A DNA stretch of 64,000 bases from Bdellovibrio sp. (GCA_036677065.1 JAKFBS010000001.1:672001-736000); one strand, 5' to 3'. Shown: positions 30,895-41,030, counted from the stretch's first letter. The notes: generated by a model not told the origin, from the letters alone. Translations and numbers: made by a program.

Positions 30895-30949
30895 TTCGAT
30901 ATTTGGTAATTCTAATACGTTACATTCAATCAATGAAGAAGAGGGCATT

Positions 30950-32086
30950 ATGGCTGATATTACTATTTACGAAGGCGCTTTAGATAAAGGATTAGAGGGC
31001 GTTGTTGCTTGTACAACAGCGGTTTCATTTATCGTTGGAAACACTTTAAACTACCGCGGTTACACGATCGAAGATTTATCGGCTCATTCAACTTTTGAAG
31101 AAGTGATCTATTTGCTTTGGAATAATAAATTACCCAATAAATCTGAGCTTGCAGCTATCTCTGAAGACTTAAATAAAAATATGACTTTAGATCCTGCTTA
31201 CGTTGCAGTTCTAAAAACATTACCAACAAACGTTCATCCAATGGCGTGGTTACGTACTGCAGTTTCTTTAATGTCTCACTGGGACACCGATGCAAACGAT
31301 AACTCTGTTGATGCAAATGCGCGTAAAGCGGTTCGTTTAACAGCTAAAATGGGTTCAATCGTTGCAGCGTTCGAAGCGATTCGTAACAAACGTGAAATCG
31401 TTCAACCTAAATCAGGCAAATCTATCGCATGGAATTTCATGTACATGTTAAAAGGTTCTGAGCCAGATGCTGAATTAGTAAAGGTCATGGATACAGCGTT
31501 GATCTTACACGCGGATCACGAATTAAACTGTTCAGCTTTTGCTACTCGCGTAACAGCTTCTTCATTATCTGATATGCACTCGGCGATTGTTTCTGCCATC
31601 GGCGCTTTAAAAGGGCCTTTACATGGCGGCGCTAACGAACAAGTTATGGTGATGTTAGCTAAAATCGGCACAATGGAAAAAGCGCAACAATTCGTAAAAG
31701 ATGCGTTAGCTGCTAAAGAAAAAGTAATGGGCATCGGTCACCGCGTTTACAAAGACGGCGATCCACGTGCAGCTATTTTGAGAAAGATCTCTCAACAGTT
31801 AACTAAAAAAATCGGTAAACCTGAATTATATGAAATGTCGACTTTGATCGACGATACAATGAATAAAGAAAAAGGTTTAATGCCGAACGTAGATTTCTAC
31901 TCGGCAACTGTTTATCACTCTATGGGAATTCCTACAGATATCTTCACACCTATCTTTGCGGTTTCTCGCGTAGCTGGTTGGATTGCTCACGCTAACGAAC
32001 AGTACGAAAAAAATCGTATCTATCGTCCACGTGGCAAATGGCAAGGTAAAGAAGGCTTAAGCTGGAAGCCCGTAGACGCTCGTTAA
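30950..32086 (+). CDS. Citrate synthase / 2-methylcitrate synthase
   Basis: GLEGV, HADHELN, GPLHGGAN, GIGHRVYK and PNVDFYS motifs. Confidence 0.95.
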   Translation: MADITIYEGALDKGLEGVVACTTAVSFIVGNTLNYRGYTIEDLSAHSTFEEVIYLLWNNKLPNKSELAAISEDLNKNMTLDPAYVAVLKTLPTNVHPMAWLRTAVSLMSHWDTDANDNSVDANARKAVRLTAKMGSIVAAFEAIRNKREIVQPKSGKSIAWNFMYMLKGSEPDAELVKVMDTALILHADHELNCSAFATRVTASSLSDMHSAIVSAIGALKGPLHGGANEQVMVMLAKIGTMEKAQQFVKDALAAKEKVMGIGHRVYKDGDPRAAILRKISQQLTKKIGKPELYEMSTLIDDTMNKEKGLMPNVDFYSATVYHSMGIPTDIFTPIFAVSRVAGWIAHANEQYEKNRIYRPRGKWQGKEGLSWKPVDAR

Positions 32087-32087
32087 T

Positions 32088-32711
32088 ATGAACGTCTTAG
32101 CTGTCAACGTAGGTAAACCGCAAAAGTATACCTTAGATGATGTGACCATTGTGACTTCAATGATCCGTCATCCAGTGACAGAGATTCAAATCAATAAATT
32201 ACGCGTTGAAGGGGATGAGTTCGCAAATCCTGAATTTCACGGAACCTTCGACGCTGTTGTTTACGCCCTATCGGCAGATCGCTACCCTGAATGGGAAAAG
32301 TTTTTAAAAAAGCCATTTCCACTTGGCCACTTAGGCGAAAATTTATCAATCGACATTTTACGTGAAGAAGACTTCTACTTAGGTGATGAGTACCAAGTTG
32401 GTACAGCCTTACTTCGCGCCACAGGCCCACGTTACCCCTGCAATAAATTAAACTACTCATCGGGCGATAAACGCCTACAGCGCGAATTTGAAGCGCGTGA
32501 CTGGTGTGGTATTTATTTTGAAGTTATCACAGAGGGTAAAGTGAAAGCGGGCGATAAGCTGAAGCTTGTTAAACGTGTACAAGATAAAATAACCGTTCTA
32601 GATTTGTATCAGGCCATGCGCGCCAAGAAAAAAGGCCAAAGAGACGATGCTAAATCAGAGCTTATCTTGGCTTGCGCAGAACTTGATGAGAAATATAGAA
32701 AAAGAATTTAG
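32088..32711 (+). CDS. MOSC domain protein (YiiM-like)
   Basis: LGENLS, PRYPCNKL and GKVKAGD motifs. Confidence 0.88.
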   Translation: MNVLAVNVGKPQKYTLDDVTIVTSMIRHPVTEIQINKLRVEGDEFANPEFHGTFDAVVYALSADRYPEWEKFLKKPFPLGHLGENLSIDILREEDFYLGDEYQVGTALLRATGPRYPCNKLNYSSGDKRLQREFEARDWCGIYFEVITEGKVKAGDKLKLVKRVQDKITVLDLYQAMRAKKKGQRDDAKSELILACAELDEKYRKRI

Positions 32712-32720
32712 GGAGCAACT

Positions 32721-33119
32721 ATGGCTACAGTATTCACAAAAATTATTAACGGCGAATTACCTTCATATAAAATTCATGAAGATGAATTAACGTTATCGTT
32801 TTTAGCTTTAGACCAAGTTAACCCAGGTCATGTGTTGGTGATTCCGAAACAAGAAGTGAATCACTGGTTTGATGTGCCACCTGAAATTTATAATCGTGTT
32901 GGCCACAATGCTCAGATGATCGCAAAGGCCATCAAAGTGGCTACAGGTTGTCCAAGAGTTGGTGTGATGGTAGCAGGCTTTGAAGTGCCGCACTACCACA
33001 TGCATTTGATTCCGGCGAACAGCATTCCTGAATTAGATTTTAAACGCGCCCAGAAACTACCGCCTGAACAAATGCAGGCGATTCAAAAAAAGATTATCGA
33101 AGCTTTAAATTATAAATAA
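32721..33119 (+). CDS. HIT family protein
   Basis: GHVLVIPK and VPHYHMHLIP motifs. Confidence 0.93.
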   Translation: MATVFTKIINGELPSYKIHEDELTLSFLALDQVNPGHVLVIPKQEVNHWFDVPPEIYNRVGHNAQMIAKAIKVATGCPRVGVMVAGFEVPHYHMHLIPANSIPELDFKRAQKLPPEQMQAIQKKIIEALNYK

Positions 33120-33122
33120 ATT

Positions 33123-34055
33123 TTAGAACTCTGGCGGTACGGCTACGATTCCAGATCTGTACCATTCAGTTTTAGACCACATCGGAGAACCACCATTAAG
33201 TGGGTTAAAGGCTCCACGCTCCATGTTGTTGATTGAATCGAGTTGTCTTGAACTGTGGGCTTCAATGACTTCACCGTAAAAACCCGGAAAGACATGATAA
33301 CCTGCGTGAGCAACACCAAAGAAAAACGGTGCCCGTTTAAAAGACTCAGGTAATACCGAGCCAAAATTAACTAACGTGGTTTTGTCATCAATTTTAGAAA
33401 CATAGTATTTATCTTTTTTCATCACTTCGCGGTAGCGAGAAGCATGCATGCCCCAGCCCGAGTGATACACGAACTCGCCTTTTGAATTTTTAATTCCTGA
33501 ATCCCATTTAACAACTTTTACGCCAGTTAAGTTTTTTACGTCTTGTTTATCCCAAGAAGTATTTTCTTCTGGCTTAGGATTCCAGTAAAGAATCTTCCAA
33601 CCTAATGTTTGCAGGTTGTTGGCTAGTACACTGCCGTCAGCCCCGTTAGCCACTAAGATTTTATCCATACGGTTCCATAAATCTTTGATCACTTCGTTTT
33701 TTGTTCCAAGAAAAGCCTGTTTCATACAGGCACGCGCCATACCGATACAGCTTGTTGATTCTAATTGATCAACAAGTGATGTTGGCGCTCCGGCTTTTTT
33801 TAAAGCAGCGATACGTTGATCGCGGGTTTTTAAATTCGGGTTGTTGCTGCCGTAATATTTTGAAACTTTATGTTTATTGAAAAACTCGACATGGGTTTTC
33901 CAGTAGTTCTGAATACACTCTGAAGAAGATTGAATAATTTGGCGGTTGTAAGCTAAGTATTCTTTTTTTTCGCTCTCGCTCGGAGTGATAACATCGGTTG
34001 TATTCGCAAACGCAAGCTGAGCAAAGAAACTAAATAAAAGAATAGTTGTTTTCAT
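33123..34055 (-). CDS. Secreted hypothetical protein (possible Cys-His hydrolase)
   Basis: Signal peptide ending AFA; SCIG, YHVF and IEAHS motifs. Confidence 0.75.
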   Translation of the reverse strand: MKTTILLFSFFAQLAFANTTDVITPSESEKKEYLAYNRQIIQSSSECIQNYWKTHVEFFNKHKVSKYYGSNNPNLKTRDQRIAALKKAGAPTSLVDQLESTSCIGMARACMKQAFLGTKNEVIKDLWNRMDKILVANGADGSVLANNLQTLGWKILYWNPKPEENTSWDKQDVKNLTGVKVVKWDSGIKNSKGEFVYHSGWGMHASRYREVMKKDKYYVSKIDDKTTLVNFGSVLPESFKRAPFFFGVAHAGYHVFPGFYGEVIEAHSSRQLDSINNMERGAFNPLNGGSPMWSKTEWYRSGIVAVPPEF

Positions 34056-34212
34056 GCTGTGAGTTATACACTTTCGCCGGGTAAATGAAAGCGACCGTTT
34101 CTGACAGTGAATATTTTTCGGTTTAATTCGAGAAATTAGGTCAATAATTCTAAACTTTTTTGTCTCAGAAAGCGTATAAGTTCTTGTTATGGAACACCTA
34201 AATTTTTTGATT

Positions 34213-34241
34213 TTGTGAAATCGTTACACCTTTAGTATTCT
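34213..34241 (+). promoter_or_regulatory. sigma70-like promoter for an intergenic RNA
   Basis: TTGTGA-N17-TATTCT. Confidence 0.55.
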
Positions 34242-34247
34242 TAACTT

Positions 34248-34480
34248 AACCGTTCTAACGGTTCGAAGGGAGGTGGTCTTATGGTTAAACAACAAGACAT
34301 AACTAAGGCGGAGGTGTCGGCACCTTAGAGAAATCTAAAGTATCGAAACTTAGTGACCTATGGTCGCTGAGGCCTAGCTAAAAGCTAAACCTCCGCCGTA
34401 GAAATTGTCATTCGAATCTTAAACAAAATTTATGATTCAAACGGCTGGTAAGAATAAGATCTACCAGCCGTTCCTTTTTT
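34248..34480 (+). ncRNA. Putative structured small RNA (four-way junction) with an optional 15-aa sORF
   Basis: Upstream promoter, 5' hairpin, and a closing helix 34307-34315/34389-34397 enclosing three hairpins; own terminator. Confidence 0.6.
34440..34480 (+). terminator. Rho-independent terminator
   Basis: AACGGCTGGTA-N11-TACCAGCCGTT followed by CCTTTTTT. Confidence 0.75.
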
Positions 34481-34497
34481 GGGGTATCACATTAGCC

Positions 34498-35880
34498 ATG
34501 GATATTCTGAACTTTATTGATGGTGAGTTTGTTAAACCTGCACAGCCTGCGTCTTTCACGCAAGAGCGTCCGTTTAACGATAAAACTATCTTAGTCGCCA
34601 ATAGCTCGGCTCTTGATCTGGTTAAAGCCATCCAAGGCTCGCATACTGCATTTAATACCTGGAAAGAATCGACCATTGAAGACCGCGTTGTCTTAGTCGA
34701 TAAAATTTTGCATTACCTTCAAGACCATAAAAATCAATTTGCAGAACAGGAAGCCTGGGATCACGGCTTAAACTTAGCGTTTTCATTGTCGGCAAATATT
34801 GAGGTGGCCATAGCCAAGCTTAAAAATTTTAAAATCGAATTACACAAAGGTATCCCTGAAGGATACGGCGTATTGCCTGTGGGCGTGGTCGGCGTAGTTT
34901 TATCATGGAACTTATCAACAAGACTATTTGTTGAAAAAGTGCTTCCTGCGATTTTAGCCGGAAACGCGGTGATCGTTAAAATTTCTAGCTATTCACCAGT
35001 TACAGCTAAACTTTGGGGCGAGTTATTTCAATCAGTTGGAATGACTTCTGGTCTAGTGCAGATGCTGCATAGCCAAGATACTGGGTTTAAAAAATTATTT
35101 ATCACGCATCCGGGAATTAAAGCCTTGTTAGTCACTGGCACTTTAGAAAACACCAGCGAAATCATAAAAACTGTAGCGCAAATGACGACACAACAGTTTA
35201 AAAAAATTCAAATTCACTCGGGGTCTAAAAACACAGCGGCTGCACTGAATGAACCTGTTGAGAAAGAAATGAATGAAATTTTAAATTCTTTTCTTTTTGG
35301 CCAAGGACAACTGGCGTGGAATTCATCAAGATTATTTATTTTAGAAAAACACGAACAACAGTGGACTGAATTTGTAGCTCATAAGCTACATGATTTAAAG
35401 CCAAGCACTGATATTCATGATTGGTCGCCGTGGACGCCGCTGATGAAAATGAAATCGGTGGATCAGTTCGCTTCGTTAGTTCAACAAGCTAAGACAGATC
35501 AGGCTAAAATTATATCGGCAGATGGGGCATTACCCTCAAATAAGTATGTAAAACCATTTTTTACTAAAGACATGTCGAACTGTTCGGTGTTGCAACAAGA
35601 TCAGGTGTTGGGACCGGCGTTTATTTTATCAACGGTGAAATACGCCTTTGATATTCCGAAATATAGTAATGTTTCTTATTATGGGCATTCTGCCACAGTG
35701 TGGACAGAGGCCGGTAAAAACCAAAAGACCATCCAGCAATTGGATGTTGGTCTAGTTAGTCTTAATCGCTGGAGTATTTATCAAGATTCAGCCGTCGAAG
35801 GCGTCAAACAATCATCGTTTGGAAATATGAATAGCCAGATATTTGGCGACTTTTATTGTAACGTCAAAAAAATGACTTAA
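34498..35880 (+). CDS. Aldehyde dehydrogenase-fold protein, catalytic residues degenerate
   Basis: NFIDGEF, PVGVVG, SWN and ILAGNAVIVK motifs. Start taken at ATG 34498 because the longer ORF start runs through the terminator. Confidence 0.85.
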   Translation: MDILNFIDGEFVKPAQPASFTQERPFNDKTILVANSSALDLVKAIQGSHTAFNTWKESTIEDRVVLVDKILHYLQDHKNQFAEQEAWDHGLNLAFSLSANIEVAIAKLKNFKIELHKGIPEGYGVLPVGVVGVVLSWNLSTRLFVEKVLPAILAGNAVIVKISSYSPVTAKLWGELFQSVGMTSGLVQMLHSQDTGFKKLFITHPGIKALLVTGTLENTSEIIKTVAQMTTQQFKKIQIHSGSKNTAAALNEPVEKEMNEILNSFLFGQGQLAWNSSRLFILEKHEQQWTEFVAHKLHDLKPSTDIHDWSPWTPLMKMKSVDQFASLVQQAKTDQAKIISADGALPSNKYVKPFFTKDMSNCSVLQQDQVLGPAFILSTVKYAFDIPKYSNVSYYGHSATVWTEAGKNQKTIQQLDVGLVSLNRWSIYQDSAVEGVKQSSFGNMNSQIFGDFYCNVKKMT

Positions 35881-35931
35881 GTCGGGTGCGCACGGCTAGT
35901 GGGATGCCGAGGAGACGCAGTTGGACTGCGC

Positions 35932-36168
35932 CTATTGAATCGTATGGCTTTTTGATCGCATGCGGATATTGCATTGCGGGCAGAAGGCTTCTTCTTTAAT
36001 TTCGCCATTAGCTTCAGTGGTTGTTACTTTGAGTTCTAATGATGTCGCGCACAACACACAGTTGCATTGAAGAGCGATAAACGCTTTTTGAAACGTGTTT
36101 TCAGTTTTCTCGTAACGGGGAAGATCAGATAATTTTAAATGGCTATTTGCCGTATCTTGAGATCTCAT
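35932..36168 (-). CDS. Small Zn-ribbon-like protein
   Basis: CVLC...CPQC; strong SD AGGAGGAG. Confidence 0.75.
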   Translation of the reverse strand: MRSQDTANSHLKLSDLPRYEKTENTFQKAFIALQCNCVLCATSLELKVTTTEANGEIKEEAFCPQCNIRMRSKSHTIQ

Positions 36169-36361
36169 GGTGCTCCTCCTGAGCTAAATTCTTTAACGTC
36201 TTTCGATAGCCAATTCACATCCTGTGAGTCGACTGTCTTGTGTAAGAGTATTCTCACTGCAAGATCTGTTCACAGACCAACGTCAAGTCTGTGAGAGTGC
36301 ATTTTTATTTGAGATACTTATTCTTCGCTTTTTAATACGACAGAATAAATTACAATTTCGG

Positions 36362-37444
36362 TTACGATCTAAAGTCCAAATTTAAACTGTTTTCAAAATC
36401 ATTTTTATCAAATGCTAACTGAATTAATTTTGTAATCAGATCGCTGTAACCCACGCCTTTGGCTTGCCACATCATTGGGTACATCGAAATTTTAGTAAAA
36501 CCTGGCAGCGTGTTAATTTCATTAACTGTTAATGAACCATCTTTTTTCATAAAGAAATCAACGCGAGTTAATCCATCGCAGTATAAAGCTTGGTATGTTT
36601 TAACGGCTAAACTTCTGATCTGTTCAGTTTGTTCAGCTGTAACTTTAGCCGGAATGATAATTTCTGCCCCATTAGGATCAAGGTATTTTGCCTCATAAGA
36701 ATAAAATTCGTGTTTAACCACTAATTCACCAGGCATGGCGGCTTCGGGTTTTTGATTTAAACCCATCACTGAACATTCAACTTCGCGGCCGTCGATGAAT
36801 TCTTCAGCTAGAACTTTATGATCGTATTTAAAAGAATCTTTTAATTTTGCTGTGAATTCATCTTTAGATTTAATTTTATGCACACCTACTGAAGAGCCGG
36901 CATTTGCAGGTTTAATAAAAAATGGCAGGCCCAAGTTTTTGACCAAACCGTCAAAATCCGGGGTTTCATAACTTTTTAAAACCGCATATTTAGAATTCGG
37001 AATTCCTGCAGCTGTCATGATGATTTTCATCACTTCTTTATCCATAGCAATGGCTGAAGACATCACGCCGCAACCTACAAACGGAAGGCCTAAGATTTTA
37101 AGATGGCCTTGCATAGTGCCGTCTTCGCCGTTGGTTCCATGAATGATCGCAAAAGCACAATCTAATTCTTGGCGTTGTTGGTTTTGTAAATTAAGAGCAA
37201 AAACTTTTGATTGCGCGCGAATCAAAGTCACAGTTTGTTCTTGCGCCATTTTGTTATCGTTAATAGCTTCTAAGGTTTCAAAATCTTTTTCGTTGATTGA
37301 ATACCAAGTACCTTGCTTGGAAACTCCGATAAGCACCGGAGAAAACTTTGTTTTATCCATAGCTTTAAAAATATTACGAGCGGAATTTATTGAAACTTCG
37401 TGTTCAGAAGAATGGCCACCAAAAATAACTGCGATTTTTTTCAT
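36362..37444 (-). CDS. ddl: D-alanine--D-alanine ligase
   Basis: GGHSSEHEVS, HGTNGEDG, GSSVG, YEAKY and NEINTLPGFT motifs. Confidence 0.96.
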   Translation of the reverse strand: MKKIAVIFGGHSSEHEVSINSARNIFKAMDKTKFSPVLIGVSKQGTWYSINEKDFETLEAINDNKMAQEQTVTLIRAQSKVFALNLQNQQRQELDCAFAIIHGTNGEDGTMQGHLKILGLPFVGCGVMSSAIAMDKEVMKIIMTAAGIPNSKYAVLKSYETPDFDGLVKNLGLPFFIKPANAGSSVGVHKIKSKDEFTAKLKDSFKYDHKVLAEEFIDGREVECSVMGLNQKPEAAMPGELVVKHEFYSYEAKYLDPNGAEIIIPAKVTAEQTEQIRSLAVKTYQALYCDGLTRVDFFMKKDGSLTVNEINTLPGFTKISMYPMMWQAKGVGYSDLITKLIQLAFDKNDFENSLNLDFRS

Positions 37445-37464
37445 ACACAGATAGTTTATGTTAG

Positions 37465-38046
37465 CTAGGCCATCTCGACAAGTTCTTTGGTTAAACCCCG
37501 GATGCCAGTGAACACTTGAAATGGTGTGACATCATTCATGTAGGCCGGTGTAGTGATAACTTTTGTATCGCGGCAAGTGATGTAATCTGTCGACGGACAT
37601 TCTTCAACAGTCACTTTCCAACTTTCAACGATGTTTTTTTCAGGAAATTCCTCGCCTAAAGTGATGTTTGGATTGTGTTTAGCTAAAACTTTAGCCACAA
37701 CGATCGGCGCCATACAAATTGCTCCGATGGGTTTACTTTGTTCGTAAAATTCCTTAATAATTTTTTCAACCGTCGGATTAACCGTCATTTTAATTTTGTC
37801 TGTTTTCCAAGTTGAAATATAAGTCGCATTGCCGGCACCACCTGGCAAAACTAAAGCATCAAATTCATTTGGATTTAATTGCTCAAGCGGATGTAGTTCG
37901 TGGTGATTTAATGCGGTCTGAGTATCAAACGCAAAAATTTTAAATTGCGCTTTAAACTCAGACAGTGAAATTAATAAACTAATTGTTTCAGTGATTTCGG
38001 ATTGGCCGGGGCCAAAACCCACAGCCAAGATAGCGATTTTTTTCAT
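37465..38046 (-). CDS. DJ-1/PfpI-family (ElbB-like) protein
   Basis: LPGGAG, GAICMAP and TTPAYM motifs. Confidence 0.85.
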   Translation of the reverse strand: MKKIAILAVGFGPGQSEITETISLLISLSEFKAQFKIFAFDTQTALNHHELHPLEQLNPNEFDALVLPGGAGNATYISTWKTDKIKMTVNPTVEKIIKEFYEQSKPIGAICMAPIVVAKVLAKHNPNITLGEEFPEKNIVESWKVTVEECPSTDYITCRDTKVITTPAYMNDVTPFQVFTGIRGLTKELVEMA

Positions 38047-38070
38047 GCGTCTACTCTAAACTAAAAGGGC

Positions 38071-38928
38071 TTAGTCGCCTACTGAAAATCCGTTAACACT
38101 GATACAGTCTTCAGCTAAAACCTTGCGATTTTCCATCTGTACAAGACCGCGAACGCAATATTGTAAAACTTTTGAAAAGAAAGGCAGAGAGCTCGACATC
38201 ATAAATGTGTAATGCGTGCGCGCGGGCTGACCATCATTTTGAAGATCATTGTTATCAACCAGATCGTATTCAACTTTGCGGATAGGAATTTTACAATGTA
38301 GGGTGTCGCTGCAAATACGCGGGTCGGCTAAATCGGGCGATAACGCCATCTGGCTATCGACAATGCTAAGATTATGACAAGTCACTTTGTCTTCGCGGCA
38401 GGCAAAAGCAGCCATCACGATAAATGCACGATACATAAAAAACGGCACCTTATCGGCAGCTTTAACTGATAAGTCAGAACGTGGATTCAGGTTTCCTGAT
38501 GCCTTAACTGTGCTTTGCGATTCTACTGTGTCGTTTGAATGGCCGAAATCTAAGTTGTAAGCAAGATTATTAAAAGATTGATTCGAGTTTAAATAATCAA
38601 TCTTCGAATAATCTAAAGCAAAGCGGGTAACTGTCGCGCCGCTGACCACAACATCAGTGATTGAGTTTACAATAATGGCTTGGCTAAATAGCTTCACAGA
38701 CTGTGAATCTTCATAGGTCGTGACCGCAGTTACATTGCTTGATTCGTTACGATTAATATCAGCAGGATCAAGCCCACCAATGCCTTCGGCCATTTTAGAC
38801 TCGACCTCATCGGCGTCAACAATGGGTCCTAAATTAGCATCTTCAAGGTTTTGTTTTTTTAAGCAAGACGTTTGCGTGAATACGACGAACAAGGCCGTAA
38901 GCACGATGATTAATTGTTTTAATTTCAT
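38071..38928 (-). CDS. Hypothetical lipoprotein
   Basis: MKLKQLII...QTSC lipobox; start overlaps the GNAT stop. Confidence 0.75.
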   Translation of the reverse strand: MKLKQLIIVLTALFVVFTQTSCLKKQNLEDANLGPIVDADEVESKMAEGIGGLDPADINRNESSNVTAVTTYEDSQSVKLFSQAIIVNSITDVVVSGATVTRFALDYSKIDYLNSNQSFNNLAYNLDFGHSNDTVESQSTVKASGNLNPRSDLSVKAADKVPFFMYRAFIVMAAFACREDKVTCHNLSIVDSQMALSPDLADPRICSDTLHCKIPIRKVEYDLVDNNDLQNDGQPARTHYTFMMSSSLPFFSKVLQYCVRGLVQMENRKVLAEDCISVNGFSVGD

Positions 38929-40019
38929 ATAGAATCCCAACCCCAAACCCATAGCGGAAGCGGTAATAATGTATTTAAAATTTCGCGCGTTTCCGGTTTA
39001 ATAAATGTCATTTCATCGATCGTTGTCGGACCGAATAAAATTTTTGCTAAATCAGCTTCTTCGTCTAAGGTGTAAAGATCTTGGCCGTAACCAAATACGA
39101 TTTGGCCATGTTGTTTTTCTAAAACGATTTGATCAAAACCTTCAGTGCGAAAAGCTCTTTTTACTTTCATCGCCACTGAATCAAAATTATGGATGCGTAA
39201 CATCGCTAAAAAACCGCGATGGCAGTAGACTTCTAAATCATCTAAGACTTTGCGCAGATTAGTCGAGTGCTGCGGAACCATAAGATGATAATTTTTATTT
39301 TCAGTTTTCACCATGTGACTAACTAGATCGATAAGCGCATCGACGTTTCCGCCCCATTCGTGAATAAAAGTTTGTAAATCAGCACCTTTGCCATCAACAG
39401 CATAAGCTAAAAGTTGATTGCTGCTGCTCCAGGCGGTGTAAAGATTTGCATTCGGAATTTTTAAATACTGTTGAATATCATCGATAGAACGCATCGAACC
39501 CACGCTATGTTGAGAATAAAGTTTTAAGATAGCTTGGGGGTCAATCTGAGGACCTTTGACAATACGAATGTTTTCGCAGCGCGGGGCCAGTGGTTTATCA
39601 AATACATAGGTGTTTTCGCTGCCGGCTAACTCAAAACCAAATTTTTGATAAAATTCGGTTTTATCAGTCCATAAAATCACTAAATCACAATCTTGCGCCG
39701 TGGCTTTTGCTAAACAATTTTGCATGTTCAAGGTGCTTAAACCCTGTTGGCGATGAGATGGGTCTGTGACCACCGAGCCAATAGCGCCTATTTTGTAGAT
39801 AGCATAAGGTGTTTTTGTTATAATAGGCTTAATAAGTGCGTGCGATAAAATGGAACCATCTTCTTCGGTGATAATGCTCATGTTGTGCATATTCGAAGGA
39901 GTCAATGCTGTCGGATATTCGCTGTTAATGGGCCAAGTTGAATTGGCTCTTAATTGATGATTAAGAAAATCGACAACATGATCAAATTCATGCTGTTCTG
40001 GAGATCTGGGCTTTAACAT
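38925..40019 (-). CDS. GNAT family N-acetyltransferase (Eis-like architecture)
   Basis: IGSVVTDPSHRQQGLS and FYQKFGF motifs. Confidence 0.85.
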   Translation of the reverse strand: MLKPRSPEQHEFDHVVDFLNHQLRANSTWPINSEYPTALTPSNMHNMSIITEEDGSILSHALIKPIITKTPYAIYKIGAIGSVVTDPSHRQQGLSTLNMQNCLAKATAQDCDLVILWTDKTEFYQKFGFELAGSENTYVFDKPLAPRCENIRIVKGPQIDPQAILKLYSQHSVGSMRSIDDIQQYLKIPNANLYTAWSSSNQLLAYAVDGKGADLQTFIHEWGGNVDALIDLVSHMVKTENKNYHLMVPQHSTNLRKVLDDLEVYCHRGFLAMLRIHNFDSVAMKVKRAFRTEGFDQIVLEKQHGQIVFGYGQDLYTLDEEADLAKILFGPTTIDEMTFIKPETREILNTLLPLPLWVWGWDSI

Positions 40020-40141
40020 AAAAATAATACTCCTATGATAGAAATATTATAGCTGTGAATGCCCTGCCTGTGATGGCCAGTTCTATGAATTTGACTTAAG
40101 CCCAGATATTCCATAGATTGCAGTACTGTAAAGGAGCTCAA

Positions 40142-40381
40142 ATGGCTGATCTAGGTCAAAAATGGAAAGAAAATAAAGACGGCAAAATTTTCGTCGATCA
40201 ATCTTGTATTGCATGTGATGCCTGCGTTCTAACGGCTCCAAAAAACTTTACGATGCACGAAGAAGACGGTCATGCGTTTGTAACCAAACAACCAGATACT
40301 CCTGAAGAAGAAGCGGCTGTAAAAGAAGCGATGGAAGGCTGTCCTGTTGAAGCCATCGGCGATTTCGGTGACCAAGGTTAA
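40142..40381 (+). CDS. Ferredoxin
   Basis: CIACDAC...CPVEAI; SD AAGGAG before ATG 40142. Confidence 0.9.
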   Translation: MADLGQKWKENKDGKIFVDQSCIACDACVLTAPKNFTMHEEDGHAFVTKQPDTPEEEAAVKEAMEGCPVEAIGDFGDQG

Positions 40382-41030
40382 GGTCACCAAACCAAAGTCT
40401 GGAGCACTCGACGTTAGTTGGTGCCTGAACCTTCTTAAGAAAAATTACCCTGATGCACATTGTGCGCTAATTTTCTCAAATCCATTTCAATTATTAATCG
40501 CGACTATATTATCCGCTCAATGCACTGATGAGCGGGTCAATATAGTCACTAAAGATCTTTTTAAAAAATACAAAAAACCCGGTGATTTAGCCGAAGAAAA
40601 CGTTGAAGTGATCGAACGGTACATTCGCTCTGCAGGTTTTTATAAAAACAAAGCTAAAAATATCAAAGCTTGCTGTCAGATTTTAAAAGATAAACATAAT
40701 AATCAAGTTCCAAAAACATTAGACGAATTAGTAGAGCTTCCAGGGGTAGGGCGTAAAACCGCGAACGTGGTTTTAGGAAATGCTTTTGGTATCGCCACCG
40801 GAGTTGTGGTCGACACGCATGTAACTCGACTAGCGAATCGTTTTGGTTGGGTTAAAATTGTCGATGCCGTAAAGATTGAACAGAAACTGAATGTTATGTT
40901 CGAGCAATCTGAATGGATCATGCTTTCGCATTATTTGATTTCGCATGGTCGGGCGATCTGTAAAGCTAGATCTCCGGACTGCGAGTCATGTTTTTTAGCT
41001 ACCCGCTGTCCGCGTAAAGGTCTAAGCTAA
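40368..41030 (+). CDS. nth: Endonuclease III
   Basis: ILSAQCTD, LPGVGRKTANV and VDTHV motifs; C-x6-C-x2-C-x5-C cluster. Start uncertain. Confidence 0.95.
   Translation: MTKVKVTKPKSGALDVSWCLNLLKKNYPDAHCALIFSNPFQLLIATILSAQCTDERVNIVTKDLFKKYKKPGDLAEENVEVIERYIRSAGFYKNKAKNIKACCQILKDKHNNQVPKTLDELVELPGVGRKTANVVLGNAFGIATGVVVDTHVTRLANRFGWVKIVDAVKIEQKLNVMFEQSEWIMLSHYLISHGRAICKARSPDCESCFLATRCPRKGLS

Noticed and set aside
34305..34400. tRNA or hammerhead ribozyme identity for the cloverleaf-like RNA
   Set aside because: No TTCRA T-loop, no 7-nt anticodon loop and no CCA end. No CUGANGA core in a hammerhead arrangement.
36258..36273. sigma54 promoter on the minus strand (GTGAACAGATCTTGCA)
   Set aside because: Lacks the invariant GG at -24.
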